Positions 62,101 to 64,000 of a stretch of 64,000 nt of DNA are shown here, piece by piece (the stretch's first letter is position 1; each line of letters starts with the position of its first letter). The translations under genes were made by a program, and so were the position numbers. Source of the stretch: Ginglymostoma cirratum. Lineage: Eukaryota. The notes under the pieces are model-generated. The model had not been told where the DNA came from and did no database searches. It worked only from the letters and a program-made list of their open reading frames with translations. The DNA lies in the NCBI GenBank assembly GCA_024137785.1, contig JAHRHZ010000086.1, positions 5,344,677 to 5,408,676 of the forward strand. Reading direction: 5' to 3'.

Positions 62101-62845
62101 GTGAAATATTCAGAAACATATATTGGTGAATTAGCAGAGACTGCCATTTCAATTAATGGTTTGTTTCAGGGCCTACATTTTAACTCACAGGAATGATTTG
62201 GTTTGAAAGAACAGATTTTCCCAATTTAATGCAGAATTTTCATTATGCAGACACAGGTTCATTTAGACAACTCCATTCATAGCTTAACTTCAGGAAATCA
62301 AACTATCTTAACTCTTGCCTATAACTAAATTATTGAATAAAAATGTGTTACATGACCAGTGGTGCATAATCCAAATTAAACATTTATAATCGTTTCAGCC
62401 CAGTAAATAAAGTTTCTTAGATTTATCATCATACCTCTCAACTGTTACTGTTTTAAAATCACCGCTTCCCAACATGAAACTGCACCATTGAGGAAAGTAG
62501 CAGAGTGCAACTAAGTAAAATCAACCAACTTGCTGATCCTACAAGAAGTCACACTGCTTCGTCAAACATAAGCCTGAATTCCAACATAAATATTTTGCAG
62601 TTTGAGAGGTATGTGCACTATAAAGATAAAATCAAGGTTATTACATTAATGTACAAACTGATTTTATCCTCAGCCCCAGCCTATTTCACCTAAGGATCTA
62701 CTTCACAAGGTTGCACTACACCAACCTTTTCTGCCTGGTTTCTTCCCAGAGCTCAGCTGGCCGCTAACGTCATGTAACCTGGTATCCAGCTCACTCTTCG
62801 AGTCTAGCTGGAGGTCATCGTTCGATTTCCCTGGGACTTTTTTCA
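14593..62845 (-). CDS. brd4: Bromodomain-containing protein 4, long isoform, 3' part (11 coding exons; 5' exons lie beyond the window): complement(join(14593..14661,17021..17228,19152..19378,22524..22654,30748..30913,32847..32953,33810..34397,35838..36075,38582..38643,53304..53426,62726..62845))
   Basis: Exons were translated by hand. All have AG acceptors and GT donors (one GC), and phases match at every junction (2039 nt = 2 + 679 codons including stop). The protein runs SEED region, P/Q-rich IDR, then the C-terminal motif [22 protein letters not shown], which is characteristic of BRD4 rather than BRDT. Confidence 0.96.
15562..15866 (+). mobile_element. tRNA-derived SINE, HE1/V-SINE-like
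   Basis: A-box tggttagc, B-box gttcaattcc, V-domain-like tgtctgtgtggagtctgcac...gtgggtttcctcc, and a CR1-like tail gatgggccaaaagg...gggattctatga. Confidence 0.75.
15963..16308 (+). mobile_element. tRNA-derived SINE with LINE-derived tail
   Basis: A-box tggcctagtgg, B-box ggtttgaatccc; 3' tail shared with the LINE at 3575-4112. Further copies at ~21790-22031 and ~33250-33510. Confidence 0.75.
17021..17228 (-). CDS. brd4: brd4 penultimate exon: [21 protein letters not shown]20[29 protein letters not shown]
   Basis: CTGCAG acceptor, GCG|GTACGT donor, 208 nt, phase 2-0; encodes the start of the CTM/PID. Confidence 0.97.
17108..17167 (-). repeat. CAG/CAA repeat encoding Q20
   Basis: 60 nt of ctg/ttg triplets on the plus strand, in the brd4 frame. 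Confidence 0.95.
17495..18290 (-). mobile_element. LINE 3' fragment, same family as 3575-4112
   Basis: Reverse-complement similarity to 3800-4070 (ctgggtcaaaaccgtggaatt, ggactgtagtggatcaaaaaggcagc). Confidence 0.6.
19152..19378 (-). CDS. brd4: brd4 exon: [14 protein letters not shown]...[26 protein letters not shown]...EQERQR
   Basis: TGCTTTAG acceptor, AG|GCAAGT (GC) donor, 227 nt, phase 0-2. Near-identical to BRD4 [13 protein letters not shown]...[20 protein letters not shown]. Confidence 0.97.
20538..21270. mobile_element. Non-autonomous Penelope-derived element with ~230-bp inverted arms, inserted in a CR1
   Basis: Arms ~20538-20775 and ~20995-21232 are reverse complements. TSD aggatgtaa[t/c]ag at 20526-20537 and 21271-21282. 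Each arm has a hammerhead-like motif. Confidence 0.8.
20588..20622 (-). ncRNA. Minimal type I hammerhead ribozyme motif (PLE-associated)
   Basis: CAC-CUGAAGA-A-GGAGC-AAG-GCUCU-GAAA-GCUU-GUG: stem I CAC/GUG, core CUGANGA, stem II, GAAA, and a palindromic AGCU replacing stem III. Confidence 0.7.
22524..22654 (-). CDS. brd4: brd4 exon: [44 protein letters not shown]
   Basis: CTTCCTTCCTACAG acceptor, AAA|GTGAGT donor, 131 nt, phase 1-0. PVIRPPE, DKDKQKQ and PKTPVAPKK are BRD4 hallmarks. Confidence 0.97.
22888..22921 (-). ncRNA. Minimal hammerhead motif in the inverted pLTR of the Penelope element
   Basis: UUU-CUGAUGA-A-GGGU-CUAG-GCCC-GAAA-CAUC-AAG; the presumed ACGU palindrome has decayed to ACAU. 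Confidence 0.55.
24739..24772 (+). ncRNA. Minimal hammerhead motif (core GAAA mutated to GAAG) in the 3' pLTR of the Penelope element
   Basis: UUU-CUGAUGA-A-GGGU-CUAG-GCCC-GAAG-CGUC-AAG. Confidence 0.5.
25145..25380. mobile_element. Small inverted-repeat PLE-derived element with degenerate hammerhead-like arms
   Basis: ttgaagcttttcgccttgcactaatc...aagaatgcc.tatttcaaa is the inverse of tttgaaatgtgacattctt...cctgttgagtctaagcagaaaagcttcaa. Related half-copy at ~26065-26170. Confidence 0.5.
26315..26890 (+). mobile_element. CR1 LINE 3' fragment
   Basis: actgtacaggattagtgagacacctaggagtccaagtacagttttggtctcc is the decayed LYxxLVRPHLEYCVQFWSP coding region. Confidence 0.75.
28290..29150 (+). mobile_element. 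CR1 fragment with nested HE1-like SINE (~28485-28772)
   Basis: CR1 ORF2 3' sequence on both sides of a V-SINE-like block homologous to 15562-15866. Confidence 0.7.
29385..29620. mobile_element. Short fold-back PLE-tail element
   Basis: Perfect 21-bp inverted repeat aaacagtttccatttcaagtc / gacttgaaatggaaactgttt within longer imperfect arms; two CTGATG cores lie in the loop. Confidence 0.6.
29840..30312 (+). mobile_element. Penelope-like 3' remnant
   Basis: aagctggaggaaaagcacctcatcttcc (end of the endonuclease region) and tail gatgccaccagacttgctgagtttctc. Confidence 0.6.
30390..30670 (-). mobile_element. CR1 3' end remnant, reverse orientation
   Basis: Reverse complement resembles the CR1 tails at 21640-21790 and 37400-37570. 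Confidence 0.5.
30748..30913 (-). CDS. brd4: brd4 exon: [55 protein letters not shown]
   Basis: TTTTCTTACAG acceptor, A|GTAAGT donor, 166 nt, phase 0-1. Resembles human [21 protein letters not shown]. Confidence 0.94.
32847..32953 (-). CDS. brd4: brd4 exon: [36 protein letters not shown]
   Basis: TTTTCTCAG acceptor, CAG|GTAAGC donor, 107 nt, phase 1-0. Confidence 0.94.
33810..34397 (-). CDS. brd4: brd4 large P/Q-rich exon: [23 protein letters not shown]...[19 protein letters not shown]
   Basis: TTTTTCCTTGTAG acceptor, G|GTAAGG donor, 588 nt, phase 1-1; lies within ORF 33772..34416. [16 protein letters not shown] and [10 protein letters not shown] match BRD4. Confidence 0.97.
34920..35530 (+). 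mobile_element. CR1 LINE 3' fragment
   Basis: ORF 34977..35180 [30 protein letters not shown]. Confidence 0.85.
35838..36075 (-). CDS. brd4: brd4 exon: [20 protein letters not shown]...[13 protein letters not shown]
   Basis: CTTCTGTAG acceptor, G|GTTGGT donor, 238 nt, phase 0-1. The His cluster and PPHLxQHxVVSPP match BRD4. Confidence 0.95.
37130..37575 (+). mobile_element. Decayed CR1 3' fragment
   Basis: aaaatagagctaggccatttaa...agaaatctggaact...cctactcctgtgttcct, a CR1-type tail. Confidence 0.6.
38582..38643 (-). CDS. brd4: brd4 first long-isoform-specific exon: [21 protein letters not shown]
   Basis: TCTCTTCTGCAG acceptor, AAG|GTAGGA donor, 62 nt, phase 1-0. Resembles human EMAPKSKKKGHPGREQKK. 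Confidence 0.93.
43010..43240. repeat. Purine/G-rich low-complexity tract
   Basis: Multiple G-runs (ggggggggg, cgggggtggggggag, gagggggagggaagg). Confidence 0.7.
43390..43500 (+). mobile_element. tRNA-derived SINE head
   Basis: tggtgcaaatggtagtg (A box) ... ggctcaaatccc (B box); no complete cloverleaf found. Confidence 0.55.
43905..44086 (-). mobile_element. Old DeuSINE/SacSINE1-like SINE remnant
   Basis: Similar to 54350-54610; tRNA-like head on the minus strand (gtcagcagtaacttggtgggtagcacactc). Confidence 0.45.
45804..45809 (-). terminator. Intronic AATAAA, candidate end of a short-isoform 3'UTR
   Basis: Minus strand: TATGTATTTTTTTTTTAACTTTGTATAG...CG-AATAAA-ACAAGTTTGCAAACCAGAATGTGCTTGCTTGGTGG (U-rich upstream, GU-rich downstream). 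Confidence 0.5.
53304..53426 (-). CDS. brd4: brd4 SEED exon (human exon 11 equivalent): [41 protein letters not shown]
   Basis: TTTTTTTATGCAG acceptor, G|GTTAGC donor, 123 nt, phase 1-1. Resembles human [37 protein letters not shown]. Confidence 0.95.
54225..54610 (-). mobile_element. DeuSINE/SacSINE1-like SINE
   Basis: Minus strand: head ...gttggtagctc...ggttccaggttcaagt; body ttaaactggggg...caggtggacatgaaagattccatg...aagaggagcagggcggttcttcccagtgtgctggcca. Confidence 0.55.
55570..56170 (+). mobile_element. CR1 LINE 3' fragment
   Basis: gtaatgaggaagacaaatggtacgttg...ggagtactatatag...tatggctactcctgttcct. Confidence 0.7.
57880..59640 (-). mobile_element. Decayed RTE-clade LINE
   Basis: Minus-strand translation fragments FDFTKA-like, [10 protein letters not shown] and [15 protein letters not shown] match RTE RT motifs (GVELxYRTDGK...KTKV...ELQYADD). 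Confidence 0.7.
60700..61720 (-). mobile_element. Highly decayed L2-like LINE (tentative)
   Basis: Purine-rich plus strand with stop-ridden ORF-like texture; family not determinable by eye. Confidence 0.3.
62726..62845 (-). CDS. brd4: brd4 exon between ET and SEED, encoding a BRD2/BRD3-like coiled-coil segment ([40 protein letters not shown])
   Basis: TTTGCAG acceptor, G|GTTGGT donor, 120 nt, phase 1-1, open frame, and joins in frame to the SEED exon. Similar to BRD2/BRD3 ELEKRLQDVSGQL. Confidence 0.85.
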
Positions 62846-64000
62846 CTGCAAACAGCATCACACAACAAGATTTGGACCAAACACTTTGGTACCGGTACAC
62901 AGGTACAACACAGTGAATAAAATTACTCTAGTTTGGCACGTGGGATCAGATGCAAGGTTTCTGCAGATTCAAAAAGAAAAGAAAGCAGCTGTAGGAAAAC
63001 AAAAAAAAAAAAAAAAACCATTCATAATTTGTGACTGCTCTTGAAGGCCATTAAATCTGAAGTGATTTCAGCAATTATTGAGAAGCATAAAGATTCTGCA
63101 ATAGTGAGGTCATGGCCAATTTTAAAGGCAGATTAAAATCACTAAGAAAAACTAGAGATGTAACAAACATAGGGTTTAATTCTTCATGACATTGAGCTCA
63201 GTTGTGCTGCTTTAATGAATTGCATAGGGAAAACCAGACCAGAGGCTAGTTTAATCCCTGGTTGCTGCTGCCAAGTTAGTTAAGGGCAACAACCTCAAGA
63301 GGTGGCTATAGCCAGCACTGGAATTTCTCAGGAATTCTGGGGGAAAGGAAATCCACTTTTTAAATAAAAAGCCTCTAGTCAAATAAATCGTTTCAATTTA
63401 TTGACTCTTCTCCCATAACATGTGACAAGCTGCACCAAAGCCTCCAGAGCCATCATAAACAAGGTGCCACAAGGGCAAACGATTTCCATGCTCTCCGAGG
63501 AAGTATTCACTATTTCCTCACAGCGACACGGTCGGCATTATGGATTCAGTGGAATGAGTTATACAAGCCCCTCCAAGTGACATGACAGAATTTGTGATTC
63601 AGTACACCACCTGGCGCTTTGTTGGGCATTGCATAAAGGGGAAGGAAAACAATCACAAATATCTTCACACAGAGATAGTTTTTGCACAAACACAAGTTTA
63701 ATATTAAATCATGATATCACTACTCTGCAATTAGCAAATTTTGCAAAGTTACAATAAAAAAATCAGTTTCACATGTAAAGATAGATCAAGTTAAAGATTA
63801 AAAAGGAAACAATGTACCTCTGAAAACCAGCTGTTGCTTTGACTCTTACTTTAAGAAGCCCCAGTGACATCATCACTCCACCCACGTGCCCATACACAGG
63901 TCAAACAATGACATAATAGAGCCAATTATTTATTGATGATCTTAAATGATCACATGCCCAATGTAAGAATTGAGATTTTTTCTAAACAAAGACCGGAAAT

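Noticed and set aside
14593-62845. Calling the gene brdt, brd2 or brd3 because of the DVSGQL exon
   Set aside because: BRD2 and BRD3 lack the long P/Q IDR and CTM. The exons match BRD4 motif by motif, and the terminus IFEENLF is BRD4-type.
1-64000. CRISPR array, operon, retron or other prokaryotic system
   Set aside because: This is an intron-exon eukaryotic locus with no regularly spaced direct repeats; the RT sequences belong to Penelope, CR1 and RTE elements.

Overview
Vertebrate genomic DNA. The repeat content (CR1, Penelope-like elements, HE1/V-SINE-like and DeuSINE-like SINEs, RTE) suggests a cartilaginous fish; this is an inference. The window holds the 3' half of a BET-family gene, brd4, on the minus strand. 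Eleven coding exons from 62845 down to the TGA at 14593-14595 have consistent splice phases, total 2039 nt, and end in the BRD4 CTM/PID motif (...[40 protein letters not shown]). The bromodomains and ET domain lie beyond the right edge. Main observations: (1) a 120-nt symmetric exon between the ET and SEED exons encodes a BRD2/BRD3-type coiled-coil segment (...[19 protein letters not shown]...) that mammalian BRD4 lacks; (2) an in-frame stop at the SEED exon donor is followed by a ~7.5 kb repeat-poor, UTR-like region with poly(A) signals, suggesting a short isoform; (3) one intron is GC-AG; (4) the 3'UTR has tandem poly(A) sites and clustered miRNA seed matches; (5) TSD-flanked Penelope-like elements carry inverted arms and minimal hammerhead ribozyme motifs inside introns. 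The rest is decayed transposon sequence. No prokaryotic-type system or CRISPR is present. Repeat boundaries were estimated by eye.
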